DNA from: Okamejei kenojei
Lineage: Eukaryota
Direction of reading: 5' to 3'
Assembly (NCBI GenBank): GCA_035221665.1
Contig: CM069131.1
Span: forward strand, 86,056,001-86,120,000
DNA length: 64,000 nucleotides
The first letter of the stretch is position 1. Each line of letters opens with the position of its first letter. Below, piece after piece: positions 24,400-36,597 of the stretch. The notes below the pieces were generated by a model that was given only the letters and a program-made list of their open reading frames with translations, was not told the DNA's origin and made no database searches. A program made the translations under genes and the position numbers.

Positions 24400-25670
24400 T
24401 TTCACTTCTTGCGTATGGCGTGCACAGCCTAAAGTTGTAGATCAAGGGTAGGCATCCAGGCCAGGACAGCATCAGTTACTGGGTGGATGGCTTTGATGCC
24501 CCCAGGGAAAAGCCTCAGTGAACAGTCATTCACGATGTGTGGGATGCTCTGGTCTGGATGTCCACAGTTGCAAGCAGGGTTGTCTGTCATCTCCCACTTA
24601 CACAGGTGATGGGCTATTCTTGCATGGAGAGTGCGGATTCTGTTCAGGGTTAGCCATTGCTTGCGTTGGAGGTCAAAACCCGGTGGTTTCACTATGGGGT
24701 CTGTGACGACCTCTCTGTTGTTGGTGTTGGCATCTTTCTAGGCTCTGCGCCACTCTTGGAGTCAAAGGCTTCCAGAGATTTAACGGAAGACCAGAAGGGT
24801 TTGCGAGACTGCAGGCGCATGTTGGGCAGATTCGATGGTGGACCAATCTTTCAACATCCCTTCTGCATATGCTGGGAGGGGCGATATGAGAGAGGACAGG
24901 GAGCCACTGCAAAGGTGTTGACTTAAGCGCACTGTGATGACCCGCATTGCAGAGTTAAGGACAGTGTCACTCAAATTCAAGTTCAAGTTACATTTATTGT
25001 CACATGCACCAATTGGTACAGTGAGATTTGAGTTACCATACAGCCATACGAATAGAAAGAACACAATACATGATAGAGTTTAACATGAACATCCCCACAC
25101 AGCAGTATCAACGTTTGCCACTGAGGGAAGGCAATAAAGTTCAGTCATTTTCCTCATTGTTTACCCGTGGTCAGGGCCTTAAAGCCCTCCACAGTCGCCA
25201 CTACGACGGCCCGATGTTTCAGGCCCTCTCGCCGGGATGATGGAATTCTGGCGTCGGAACGGAAGAAAACTCTCAGCGGCTTGGATTTTCCGAATTGGCC
25301 GCTTCCTGCCGGAGACCGCGGTTCCTGAAGTCCACAGGCCGAACTGGATGGAGCTCCAACACTGTCGGCCCTCGGCAAAGGGAGCACCAGGACTCCGTGA
25401 TGTTACAGTCAGCACCACCCGCGGCTGGAAACTCCGCAATCACAGCTCCACGATGTTCAAGTCAGGGCTAAGCTTGCGTTACGGAGGGCGAGTGCATTGG
25501 ATCCCCAGCTGTTGCCTGCAAGTTTCCTGATGTTGCCCTTGCTTTCAGTTTATCAGCCTCCCTCTTCAGGTGTTCACGATAGGTGAGAGTGCGATACAGG
25601 GCAACTACAGGGTGGGAGATTGCATTAGTTGAAACAGGATGGACCACGTGAAGGTTGCAATCAACCCGAC
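24400..25670 (-). mobile_element. I-group (Vingi/Ingi-like) LINE fragment, split by an insertion
   Basis: Minus-strand remnants: RTLTYREHLK...RKLAGNSWGSNALALR (~25470-25590), DTVLNSAMRVIT / WLPVLSHIAPP (~24880-24970), and C-terminal PPGFDLQRKQWLTLNRIRT...PACNCGHPDQSIPHIVNDC zinc knuckle ending at stop 24429. There is no room for an RNase H domain. Confidence 0.7.
24973..25465 (-). mobile_element. Non-autonomous retroelement with Rex1-like tail and GC-rich body
   Basis: ttcaagttcaagttacatttattgtcacatg...tacagtga tail (as in the Rex1 tails elsewhere in the window) and a CpG-rich non-coding body; interrupts the Vingi-like LINE. Confidence 0.5.
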
Positions 25671-27448
25671 GTGCAGAAACAGTGAATTACACGACTTTTG
25701 CTACAGATTTATAATTTTCTGATGGCACATTGGATATGGCAGCTCTGATCCCCAGGGACAAGTTAAGCAACTTCATGGTGCATTAGCCCTGTCAGTAAAC
25801 AAACATATTAACCATTGCAAACAGTATAGTTCACAAGACTGGTTGCTACTAATATTAAATTTCGGATTTGACCTCGAAATGGACGTAGACGTTGGTGCCA
25901 CAAATGCATTGAGACGGGAGCAGACTTGGCCATTAACGCTGAGAAAATGAAATCGTACAACATCACCCTTTCTCTTTCTGGTATTCATAGCAGACGTCCC
26001 AACTGTATGTGCTTTTATTTACAGTAATTAAAAGGCAGAGTATCAGAGGGGATTAGTAAATAAATAATGACATTATTAACAAGATCTACGGTCATGTCAC
26101 ACCTTTCTATAAACTGTTTCAATGCGTATTATGCAAGTATTAGCTTAGATAAATCAATGCTTAAATGTCACACGGAAAGGCTTTGTTTTAATTCCCTGTT
26201 GCTAACACCGTTTTTCTGCCCATGAAGAAATGACTAATATTGCAGAGTTCTCAGTGTCTCTTCACTGGGCTGGGTTCTGCCTGACCTTTCTATGGCTATT
26301 GATGTTGAATTGAGGAATGGAGCCTGTTTGCACGGAGCACTGTCTTGTTAGCAATTCAGATGCTGGGCTGCTGTTTGTTTTTCCCACATCTGTTTTGCTC
26401 TGGCCCTTTGTGGGGATGTTTGCTGAATGCTGGCCCTTCTACTTTTTCTTGAAATGAGAAGTCCACTTGAACGGATGTTTCCAAGCGTTAGACACAGTAT
26501 GTTTCTACCCCTCCCATCTGACCACACTTAATATTATCAGCTTACAATACTCGGACTGTATTTCACAAAAGCAGTGGCTGTCATCTGTCTGAAGTTTAGA
26601 CAGGCGAGCCCACAGTTATCAAATGGTAGTTTGAATGGGTGTGCTTTATAAAAACGAGAACATTGTGATTTTTTTTTTTCACTCCCTAATTCCAGATTTC
26701 CCTCTGCCCCGAGCAACATTCTTGCTCCTCTCCTGAGGGTGCTGTCTCGTGTTCAGGTGCACGACATGGAGTGCCAGGAGTTCACCAGTATGTTACTTAA
26801 TTGATTCATTACCCTCGACAGTGAACCTTGTCAAGCTGCTTGGCCGAGGATGGCTTCACACCCAGACGATGTCTGGGGTTATGTGGAGAAGGCAGGAGAA
26901 TGGAGTTCGGAGGGGGAGTTAGATCAGCCATGATTGAACAACAGAGCAGACGATGTGCCGAATGGCCTAATTCTGCTACTATGACCTCATGACCCAGACT
27001 GGATTCAATTCCCGACTGGAGTGCAGCGGAGACCACTTTCCAGCAGGATTTTGTTTGGATAAAAACACGTGGCGGGCATTGTGGGTGCTTCTTCTCACCT
27101 TTTATACATTTTGGGAACACCGGAAACATTTAAAATATTCTAGCAGATATTTAATGCACATCATTGGTAATTTGTTGATATCACAGTAGGGTCAGTCAAG
27201 GTAATACCACAAAAATGTCAAAGTCACTATGAGAACATTGGGACCAACCACATGCTGAGGGATCTTGTCATGAGTGCGAGAGGTTTAATACAGCTTCGCA
27301 TTAGAAATGGTATATTTTTTCTAAAAATTGAAATTGCCATGAAACCAGATGCGTGAAAAGTCATTTGTTTAGGAGCTCTTGACAGTCTGAGTTCTGGGAG
27401 TAGCAAATCACAATTTTGCAACAAAACGATGGGTCTATAAATTCTAAT

Positions 27449-27592
27449 ATGTAGGAAGGAACTGCAGATGCTGGTTTAAACTGAAGATTGGCACAAAAAA
27501 GCTGGAATAACTCAGCGGGACAGGCAGCCATTCCTTTACTCCAGAGATACTGCCTGTCCTGCTGAATTACTTCATCTTTTTGTGTCTACTAT
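27449..27592. mobile_element. PLE-derived foldback element
   Basis: Inverted arms cacaaaaaagctggaataactcagcgggacaggcag / ctgcctgtcctgctgaattacttcatcttttttgtg; flanking repeat ata(a/g)attctaata. Confidence 0.7.
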
Positions 27593-28499
27593 CCATAGAT
27601 TCTAATAATTTAGTTAATTGAAAGTTAGCAGTGATGCGAAAGTTGATGTAATTAGAAGGGTTTTGATCAATATGTGAAAGTTATCGAGCTGGTTAAAAAC
27701 AATGAAGTTCAATTTGCCAATGGGCATGTGGAAAGAATGTTTCGGGCTTCACTTTCTCATTGACTCTGTCAGCCCCTCTCTGGATCTTGCAGATTTCTAA
27801 CTGACCTGTACACCCACAGGGTACATCTGAACATTCTGTACTGTCCAGGGTAAATGCTGTGGGCCCACCTTGTGGAATTGACAAGCTGTTATCATGCCCC
27901 AGCCAAATGAGTAACACATTTTTCATTAGAAAACCTGTCCATTAGAGTTCAGACCTTTAATAAACATACAAAGCTATCCTTTGCCAGACACCATATGAGA
28001 AATATTAAAAACAGACAGTGTGCTTATTATATAAAAATCAGACAGTGGAACTCCTGGTATGCGCACAAGTACTCCATAAGAATATTTTAAAATGCTGTAT
28101 TGCTTCTTCAATTTCAATTTACTGCTGGACTCACTATTGATCTCAAATGAAGTGCAATTAAGATTCAATATTTTGAAAAACATACAAAAATCCTTTCATG
28201 ATTTATTTGTGCTTTTGGCAACAAAGTACTTTGACATGTGTTAGGTGTATGGTTACTTTTCTAACAGAAAATCTGGCATCCCATTTCTATACAACAATCT
28301 CTCCTAAATGCTGTTGTGATAATGACTGGACAGTTTGTTTCAGTGATGTTTGTTAAAAGATAAATATTGACGCGAAATAAAGACGAGAAATGGAGCTACA
28401 ATGTTATTACCCCTTCAACTCTTCTCTGCTCCTGCAGAAGCAATGAAGTTAGCTAACTTTTGGATTTAAAATTGAAGAACAGCCATTTTGATGAGTTCA

Positions 28500-28705
28500 C
28501 AAATTATAGGAGTCGAATTAGGCCATTCAGCCCATAGAGTCTACTAAGCCATTCAATCATGGCTGATCTCTGCCTCCTCATCCCATTTTCCTGCCTTCTC
28601 CCCATAATCCTTGACACCCATTCTAATCAAAAATGTGTCTGTCTGCCTTAAAAATATCCACTGACTTGGCCTCCACAGCCCTCTGTGGCAATGAGTTCCA
28701 CAGAT
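28500..28705 (-). mobile_element. CR1/HER1 LINE 3' tail about 110 bp upstream of exon 4
   Basis: aattaggccattcagccc...cattcaatcatggctgatct...cctgccttctccccataatcc...ctctgtggcaatgagttccacag. Confidence 0.8.
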
Positions 28706-28815
28706 TAATTGGAGAGTATTATTTGTTAGAATAGGGTTTATAATTTGAAGACACAGAAGGAGTTTTTCTGTTTTTGCATATATATTGCTCACTATTACCT
28801 TTTTGACTCTCGCAG

Positions 28816-28887
28816 CCGCCTGAACAGAAACAATCTGCAGGTCTTGCCCGAGTTGCTTTTCCTGGGAACTCCGAAGCTCTACAGACT
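28816..28887 (+). CDS. SLIT2: SLIT2 coding exon 4 (LRR)
   Basis: Acceptor ccttttttgactctcgcAG|C; 72 nt; encodes (L)[23 protein letters not shown](L). The LFLGTxKLYRL motif fits SLIT2 rather than SLIT1 or SLIT3. Donor CT|GTGAGT. This exon is missed by the ORF track. Confidence 0.96.
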
Positions 28888-29000
28888 GTGAGTAGTCAAA
28901 TTTCCTTAACCTTATCAACTTTTAAATCAAGAGACACCTGGATGATTTCCGTGACATGTGGCTACTCCTGAATGAATTGCACCACATCAGCACAAGCTAA

Positions 29001-29005
29001 CCCCC

Positions 29006-29039
<34 letters not shown>
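29001..29039. repeat. Poly-C tract (C5-T-C33); other G/C runs at ~13979-13999, ~24065-24085 and ~56047-56068
   Basis: Homopolymer runs read directly from the sequence. Confidence 0.9.
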
Positions 29040-29045
<6 letters not shown>

Positions 29046-31804
29046 TTTCTGCTCAAACTAGTTTGACGCTACATATAATCACTGATATTTTGTTAATGCA
29101 ACTCTCTGAAGAGGCTGTTTACTTTGGCTTAATTGTCAGGATTTTTCTAAAGCCCTTACAGGTATAATTTTTTTTTTTTGTGAGAACTTCCAGGATAATT
29201 GAATAGTTGTAATTTGCTTCATGCTTGCTTACCAGTCGTAAATCAACGTTCAGGCTCGGTTCTGGGGTATCCTCGGGCACTTTGAAGCAGGCAGAAACAT
29301 TCTTGATGATGATTTAGAAGGAAAATTGTTCATTTTAAAGTCATTGAGAAGCACGTGCTTCAAAAAAAGTGGAGGATGAAGGTCATGTCTGGAATAGTTT
29401 TAAATTGTTGCAGTTTACTGGGAACTTTTCATGTCTAAAGGATCAATTTTCCTTTTTATTTACAGGAATGAAATCCTGAAAAAAATCTTAAATTTTGCAT
29501 CAAATTGTTGATCAATGTATGAATATTGGAAATGTAAAATAAGTCTGCTGTTGTATACTGTAATTGTTATAACATATTACATTAATTTTGATGTGAAGTA
29601 TCCTTTAATTTTAATAGGTAAGTGGATTCCTCTTTGAAGAAAGAGTGGTTGCAGATGTAACTTCACCGTCATTCCAAATGGAATTTGAAATCCTAACCAC
29701 TTTGGTGCCTTTTTGTTCATTGCAGGTGTAATTTCTTGAAAGCGAAATACAATATACAAGCATATAGTCGAGATTAACATCATATGGTCACAAACATTTG
29801 AGAAAAATTATGATTGCATTCAAAGCATAGTGCAAATCTTATGGGCAATTATAAACTAATTATATTTAACATTGGTGTAAATAACAAATGAAGATCATTT
29901 GTAGCTTTGATATTCATTACTTGACCGAAACATCATTTATGAATTACTTTCAGGTGAATTTTCATCTACAATTGATTGCAGTAAGACAGAGTTGAAATAA
30001 TAGGTTCTTATTCCTCTTTCTGTTTTCCTACAATCTTATCTCTCATTCACTCTAGAAAGAGTTAATTCCCACTGGCATATCCTACTGGCAAACAGCAATC
30101 GGATTGTAGCCGAGAGGTTTTCTGTATTCTAGGCCCTTGGTCCACAACATTGAAGCATCTCTCCTCCCAACTACTGCTGTGAGCAGAGCTCCAGATGGCT
30201 ATAGAATGAATGCAATTGGTTCTCAATTGCTTCTGTTCCTGTAAAGAACTGTTTGTGTTCATTTGTATTGAATCAAATTAAATTAGCATGATTTGATTTT
30301 GATAAATCCCCCCCCCCTTCAATATATTAGATCTGTGCTGTGACTGGGCCATACCAGTATCAATGGAGCTTTCCAGTTTACTCCCCATAATTGAGTATAC
30401 GTCAAAATAGGGCAAGTGAATATAGACTGGGTCCGTATAGCAACAGTCTGGGATTGTATTCATTGCGCTTGAAGAAAATGGCAGAGCAGTTTGTCTCCAC
30501 TCCCACTAGGCTTGCAGGGAATTCAAGTGGGAGAATCAGTACATAGTGTCATGTACCTCACATCCATCCCCTTATGTGCAGTCACTGCATTTATCCCTGT
30601 GCTTGAGGCGCGAGTATAAATGAGATGCCACATTGAAATCCACCTTCATATTTCAGTATGGTATTGTTGGTAGCATTTTTCATTTGGGTTCGTAAGTTGT
30701 GGGTTTGCGATTTGGCATTGACACAATTAACAGTTAAGTTAGTGTTGCATTGTTGGAGGAAATGGCCATCATAAGCAATGTTATGGCCTTTGGCATGTTG
30801 AGGATCCTGAGTCCCATGGCATTGTTTACATTATATTTTATTTTCCTGTGGACTGCTGCAATGTACTGTTGCTGACATTAATTATGATAGCTAAGAATCC
30901 TGTGATCCTGCTCCTCGGGTCAGTAACTCCCACACGTGGATGGAGCTCAGGTATAGTTTTATCTAAATTCAAGGTGATTCCTGAGAAAACCATGATCATT
31001 TGGGTTCAGAAAAACTGAAGAAGCTCTAAAAAAAATGCTCTTGTTTTATTATTATCTAGAGTCTGGATGGATGTTCTTCAAAGGAAATTTGCAACGGGAG
31101 GCTAAATGGGACATTGTATGCATCCTAGTTGAAAAAAAAATGGCACCCTCATTTCACTTCCAAGGAAAAAACCCCATAGCTTTGCAGGTCAAATGTGGTC
31201 AGAGTTTCTGCCTCTATCTCATTTCCAGGCACAAGTTCCAGACTTACAGGTGAACAATACCCTTGTCTCCCTTCAATCCTTCTATCAATTACTTTACATT
31301 TATGCCCTCTGCATTCTTGACTGCATCTTGCTGCACTGTGATCTGGTCCTATTTTCACTCTAAGTATAAATGAGATTCTATATTAAAATCTAATTTGATA
31401 TTTCAGTATTTTGTTGGTAGCATTTATTCTTTGAGTTCATAAGGTATCACCATGTGGCATCAGCTGTCTATTGATACTACACACTGCCTTCTGTGCTCTG
31501 GAACAGAATATATTAAGAGGTGCTGAGGGACAAATTTACTTCCAGCATATCAGATGGACCCAGTATGAAGTTCACTTGACATGGACTGAATTGCCTTTTG
31601 GTTTTCTGGGAAATAATTGTAAGTTTAACACTCTGAGTGCAATTTACTACTCTTGTTATGTATATTGCCCTACTGAAAGAGCTGGCAAATTGTTCAGCAA
31701 ATGTCTGGCAGCATTTGTTGCCATGACAAAGAAGTTGTTTTCTTGATTCTGAAGTCCAGATGTCAAATGGTGATCGTTTTGTCTGTTTTCCAAAAGTTTA
31801 CATC

Positions 31805-32300
31805 AGATATAGACAAAGTGCTAGAGTAACTCAGCAGGACAGGCAGCATCTCTGGAGGTAAGGAATGGGTGATGTTTTGAGTCAGACCTGATGAAGAAGG
31901 ATCTCAACCTGAAATGTCACCCATTCCTTGTATCAAGAGATGCTGCCGGTCCCGTAGAGTTACTCTAGCATTTTGTGTCTATCTTTGCTGTGAATCAGCA
32001 TCCATACGTATGTGATTCAGCTGCAACATGCTGATCTGGTGCAGAAAACTTCAAACAACATGGTGTTTTCCCACCCTTCTCTTAATCCCACATCAGTTGT
32101 GATAAGCTACATTAAATAGACATAAAAAGCTAGGGAGCTCAGTGGGTCAGGCAACATCTCTGGAGAAAAGGAATAGGTGATTCGAGTCAAGACCCTTCTT
32201 CAGACTAGGAGCCAGGGGAGAGAGAACCGAGAGATATGAAAAGGTACATAGAACAAATGAATGAAAGATGTGCAAAAAGACAGATCAAAACCAACTAGAT
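31805..32300. mobile_element. PLE-derived foldback (31805-32005) plus a second minus-strand copy (32117-32300)
   Basis: Inverted gatatagacaaagtgctagagtaactc / agttactctagcattttgtgtctatc arms with a degenerate hammerhead centre (gaagaaggatctcaacctgaaatgtcac). Confidence 0.7.
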
Positions 32301-33699
32301 ACCTTAGCATGGATTGAAAAGAGAACCCTTCCTGTGTGTAAGAAATGGCTTTCTGCTGACCTAGTCGGGCTGAATGGAGGATTCAGATTCTTTAGTTTTG
32401 CAAGGAAGACTCGATGTCTGTATAATGACATGGTCCGTATGGCTGCCTTCAGGCTTAAGAGGCTGTGGAATTACGGTAGGTCGGTATGTACTATGCTACC
32501 TCTGGCTTAAATCATGAATCACAAGGTTGCACCATATTTTTTCAGTGCAGTGCCAGGGCCTCACTGAATAAAAGTTTGCTTGCAGTGTAGCAAAAGCACA
32601 CATTTTTAGAGCTGATTTTAATTTAAAATACGGCAGGAAATGGATGGTACTGGATTGATTGTGAATTATATTGTCCCACCCAGCTACCTAAGGAGAGTGC
32701 CATCGAACAAATATGAGGGAGGTGGGGATAAGTCTGTTAATGTTTGCCCTTATAAGTCTATGATATCAGGGAGTTCACTGCAATGGGGGAATGAAGGAAT
32801 TTAATGTAAAACTGAGAAGGAAAATACTATCTTTTGCCTGGAGGTTGTTGCTGAATAGACCATGGTCAAGTTTATCTGTCTGTGTGCTTGGCTAATTCAG
32901 TTATTAAAAAAAGTAATGATACATGCTTTGTATCAGAGCGTTGCTAAGTCTGTGTTTCATCTTTTGTAAGCTCTGCTCTTTAACCTTGCAAAAAATGGAT
33001 TTTAATTCAGCAGCTTAAGTAGCATTGCAGATTTTAATAATGCTAATAATCAGTAACTTGAATGGCCACTGTGGTGTGAAATGTTGCTGGAAAAAAAATA
33101 ATTTGAAGAATATTTGAAATGCTTCGCAGGCTGCTAGTGCCAGTGCCAAAGAAAATTAAGATAACGCAACATGAATTGTAATGTATTTTCTTTTCAGGAA
33201 ACATGTCCATCATAGTCTGTGGTAATGTTTATACAGGTTGTATTCTGCACGCCAAGAATGATTAACATTTTATGCACTCTGTTCCAGTCTCTGAGTTATT
33301 TAATCTCGTTGTAAAAATACTCCTGAAATATAGATTTGGGTCCAGTTGACAAATGAGTCCATCTCAAATTCGCTGCAGTTACCTGAACTACTCGAACAGC
33401 AAATTATGCAAACCCACACCAAGAAGACAATGGCTTCAGCTGCATGGAAACTGCATCTTTAGGTTGTTCATCCTCAGTTGGATGCATGTTGTTGATAGTT
33501 CAGTGTCACGGGGTGAGTTTTTCCATACCAACAACATTTTAAAGGTTCCTGATGTGCAGGACTACAGATGATATGGAAGGTGACTCGCTATTGCCTCATG
33601 AGCGGCAGGATTGATGACGATGCTGGTATACCTGCACCGTATAATGTGAATCTAAAGGTTATGTGCATATGTATGAGAATGAGCTTCAGAAGTTCATAA

Positions 33700-34175
33700 G
33701 TCACAGTTGCAGATAATGGCAGAATTGGGCCAATCGGCCAATCGATTCTATTCCACCATTCAAACACAGCTGATCTATCTTCCTTTCTCAAAACCATTTT
33801 CCTGCCTTCTCCCCATAACCTCTGGCACCCGTACTCATCAAGAATCTGTCAATCTCCGCTGTAAACATACCCAATGACTTGGCTTACACAACTGTCTGTG
33901 GCAATGAATTCCACCTATTCACCACCCTCTGATTGAAGAAATTAATCCTCGTCTTTCTAAAGGTATATCCTTTTATTCTATGCCCTCTGGTCTTAGACAC
34001 TTCCACTAGTGGAAACATCCTCTCCACATCCACTCTACCTAGAACTCCAGCAAGTACAGGCCCAAAGCCATCATATGCTCATCAGACATTAACCCAATCA
34101 TCCCTGGGTTCATTCTTGTAAACTACCTCTGGACCCTCTCCAATTCCAGCACATCCTCCCCTATGATAAGGGGAG
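33700..34175 (-). mobile_element. CR1-clade LINE 3' fragment
   Basis: Reverse complement of the element at 1-550 (ttctccccataacc...gaattccac...ccactagtggaaacatcctctccacatccactcta...aaactacctctggaccctctcc). Confidence 0.8.
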
Positions 34176-35021
34176 CTTAAATGGAGTGGCCCCTTTCAAT
34201 CCATTTAATACAAGCACCCGTACATAACAGGTGGCTAGTTTCTTCTTTGTCAATGGCACTGAATAATGAGGGGGTGTAGGTGTGTGAATGACGTGAATGG
34301 TTGCAGCTGGTCATCAGTAGCAACAAAGAGAATTGTTTCCAAATGTTTTTCCAATTTTGTTGTTCCTCCATAATTTCTCTAAGGGAGCCATGCTGCTGGA
34401 AATATCACATGCTTAGGTGGAGGTATTTCCCTTGTAACAGTTATAAAGTTACAGCTGTGTTTGGAAGGTTAGCAAATCAGTGCAAATGTGATTAGCACAC
34501 TGTGGTGCTCTCCCTGTTGCTACGTGCTGTGAAGGGTACATGTGGGGCCAAAGCTCAGGCTTCCCATATTAGCTTGAGGGCAGACTGTGCAATGTGCAGC
34601 CAGCATAGAGTCTACGGTGCAATGCGGTGCAACTTCTCACAATGTAGAATGAAAGCTTGTGTTGATGCCTTGTGACGCCTAGGAATGGGCCACTTCATTA
34701 GTTTTTCTGTCATGTTTTATTTCTGTGAGACAATTGGGATTAATGCTCTGAGCCCAGGTCTGACGTTGATTCCACACGATCACTCTGCACGCACTTTGTA
34801 CAAACTGAATATTTCACGTAAATTATATAGTTCAATATTAGCGGGTGAATTTGTTAGAATGGGATCAACAAAGAGACATGCTATCTTGCACCCTTATTCC
34901 AACTCCATGTTGACATAAAGTTAACAGATGACTGCGTCTTTTTGCTAGTCACCATGGGCTGAACAGAGATTCACTCAAGAATTCCAAAGAATCTGGGGAG
35001 AATATTTTTCAGGTTATGTAT

Positions 35022-35313
35022 GCCACACAGTGATGCAGCGGTAGATTTGCTGCCTTACAATGCCAGAGACCCGGGTTTGATCCCGACTACAGGTGCTGTC
35101 TGTACGGAGTTTGCACGTTCTCCCCATGCCTGTGCAGGTTTTCTGAGTGCTTTGGTTTCCATCCGTGTTCCAAAGGTGTACAGGTGTGAAGGTTAATTGT
35201 CTTCTGTAACTTGTCCCTAGTGTGTAGAATAGACCTAGTGTACGGGTGATCACTGGTTGGTGCGGACCCAATGGGCTCAAATGCTTGTTTCCACACTGTA
35301 TTTCTAAACTAAA
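35022..35313 (+). mobile_element. tRNA-derived V-SINE (HE1-like), near full length
   Basis: A-box-like gtgatgcagcggtaga and B-box-like gggtttgatccc, central tgtacggagtttgcacgttctcccc domain, and CR1/HER1-type tail ending ctaaactaaa. Confidence 0.8.
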
Positions 35314-36174
35314 ATATGCCATGCTATTTGCCTATATTATTGAACTACAGTTTCCATGTCTATGTGGCATAACTTGCATGATTGTGAATATCCATGACTC
35401 TAATTTTAGATTTTTCTGAGATTTGAATTGACGCAGATATTGATAGTTATTGCAGAATATCATTGGGTCAAGAAACATCTCAATCAAATTCTTAATCATA
35501 CAAATCTTCCGGCCCTTCCTGCAGTCTACTTGTAACTCTTAAAATTTGGCCCATGGCATTTATTCCTACCCCACCCTCTTAAGGATGGAGCTTCTGACAA
35601 ACAGCAAACAACACCACTGGTTTACGAAGGGCTGGGACTGACTGTTTCTTCAGTATTTCCTCTGATGTTCCAGGCACCTGGTCAAAAGGACATGTGAGAA
35701 GGCTGAGTGATGCATCAGTAACAACAGTTGATGGGCTTTTTTGCACTGTCATGTACCAGTTTGCCTTCATGGTTTGGAATTACAACATAAAGAACAATAA
35801 TCTTGATATTGTTGCGGTTTTCTTATTGCATCAGATCCGGAGAATTGCCTCCAGGGAGGTTTCCAATGATAGTGAACACATAATGTGCACAGATAGTATA
35901 TATTTTAAAGCTATATATTTCACAGATTTAATTATGCTATCTGCATTGATTTGCTATTAATATTAGTTTGTTTCTTTCAACACAAAATTGTGGTCACCAT
36001 TGTGTTTTGAGATTTCTTGGAGGTTAAATGGCTCTCATTCAAAAAACCTCAATAACATGGTTAATTGAGGGGTAAACTACATTAGAATTAGTCTGAATGA
36101 TGCATCCTTATGGAAGTGCTGTGGTTATGTTGTCACCTCTCTGCAGTTACCAAACTCAGCTACTAAAAATCAAT

Positions 36175-36457
36175 AGTTGCTGGTAGAGCTGCTGCCACGG
36201 AGCACCGGAGGCCTGGTTGTGATCCTGGCTGTGCATGCTATATGTGTGGAGTTTGCACATTCTCCCTGTGACCATGTGGATTTTCTCTGGGCGCTCCAAT
36301 TTCCTCCCACATCCCCAAACCATGTGGGTTTGTAGGTTAATTGGCCTCCCAGTGTGTAGGGAATGGTTGCAGAAGTGGGATAACTTTGAACATGTGAATG
36401 GGTAATTGATGGTCAGCATGGACTAGGTTGGCCAAAGGGCCTGTTTCCACACTGTAT
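36175..36457 (+). mobile_element. V-SINE (HE1-like)
   Basis: Same head, V-domain and tail as 35022-35313. Confidence 0.75.
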
Positions 36458-36597
36458 GGGTTTTTTGAAAACGTGATACAGTGTATGTGTGTCTTAGGGA
36501 AAATCCTGTCTGTTCTTCCGCTAAGTTAAGTAAATAGGAATATTCAGCGATATCTGACAGTGCCTGAAACTCCTTGCAACCACATAAAAACATTGCA

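Noticed and set aside
7117-28887. Assignment as SLIT1 or SLIT3
   Set aside because: [23 protein letters not shown] and LFLGTxKLYRL collectively match SLIT2 better than the recalled SLIT1 (ELNGNN, FDDMKE, FQNNQAL) or SLIT3 (DLDRNN, HLEDN, FQSTPKLT) sequences.
29700-33220. Recursive or cryptic splice acceptors (ttcattgcAG|GTGTAA ~29725, tactttcAG|GTGAAT ~29953, ttcttttcAG|G ~33197)
   Set aside because: The following donor motifs are weak or absent, and such sites are expected by chance in AT-rich introns; RNA data would be needed.
35022-35100. tRNA genes
   Set aside because: The A/B-box-like sequences are SINE heads continuing into the V-domain and LINE tail; no complete cloverleaf.
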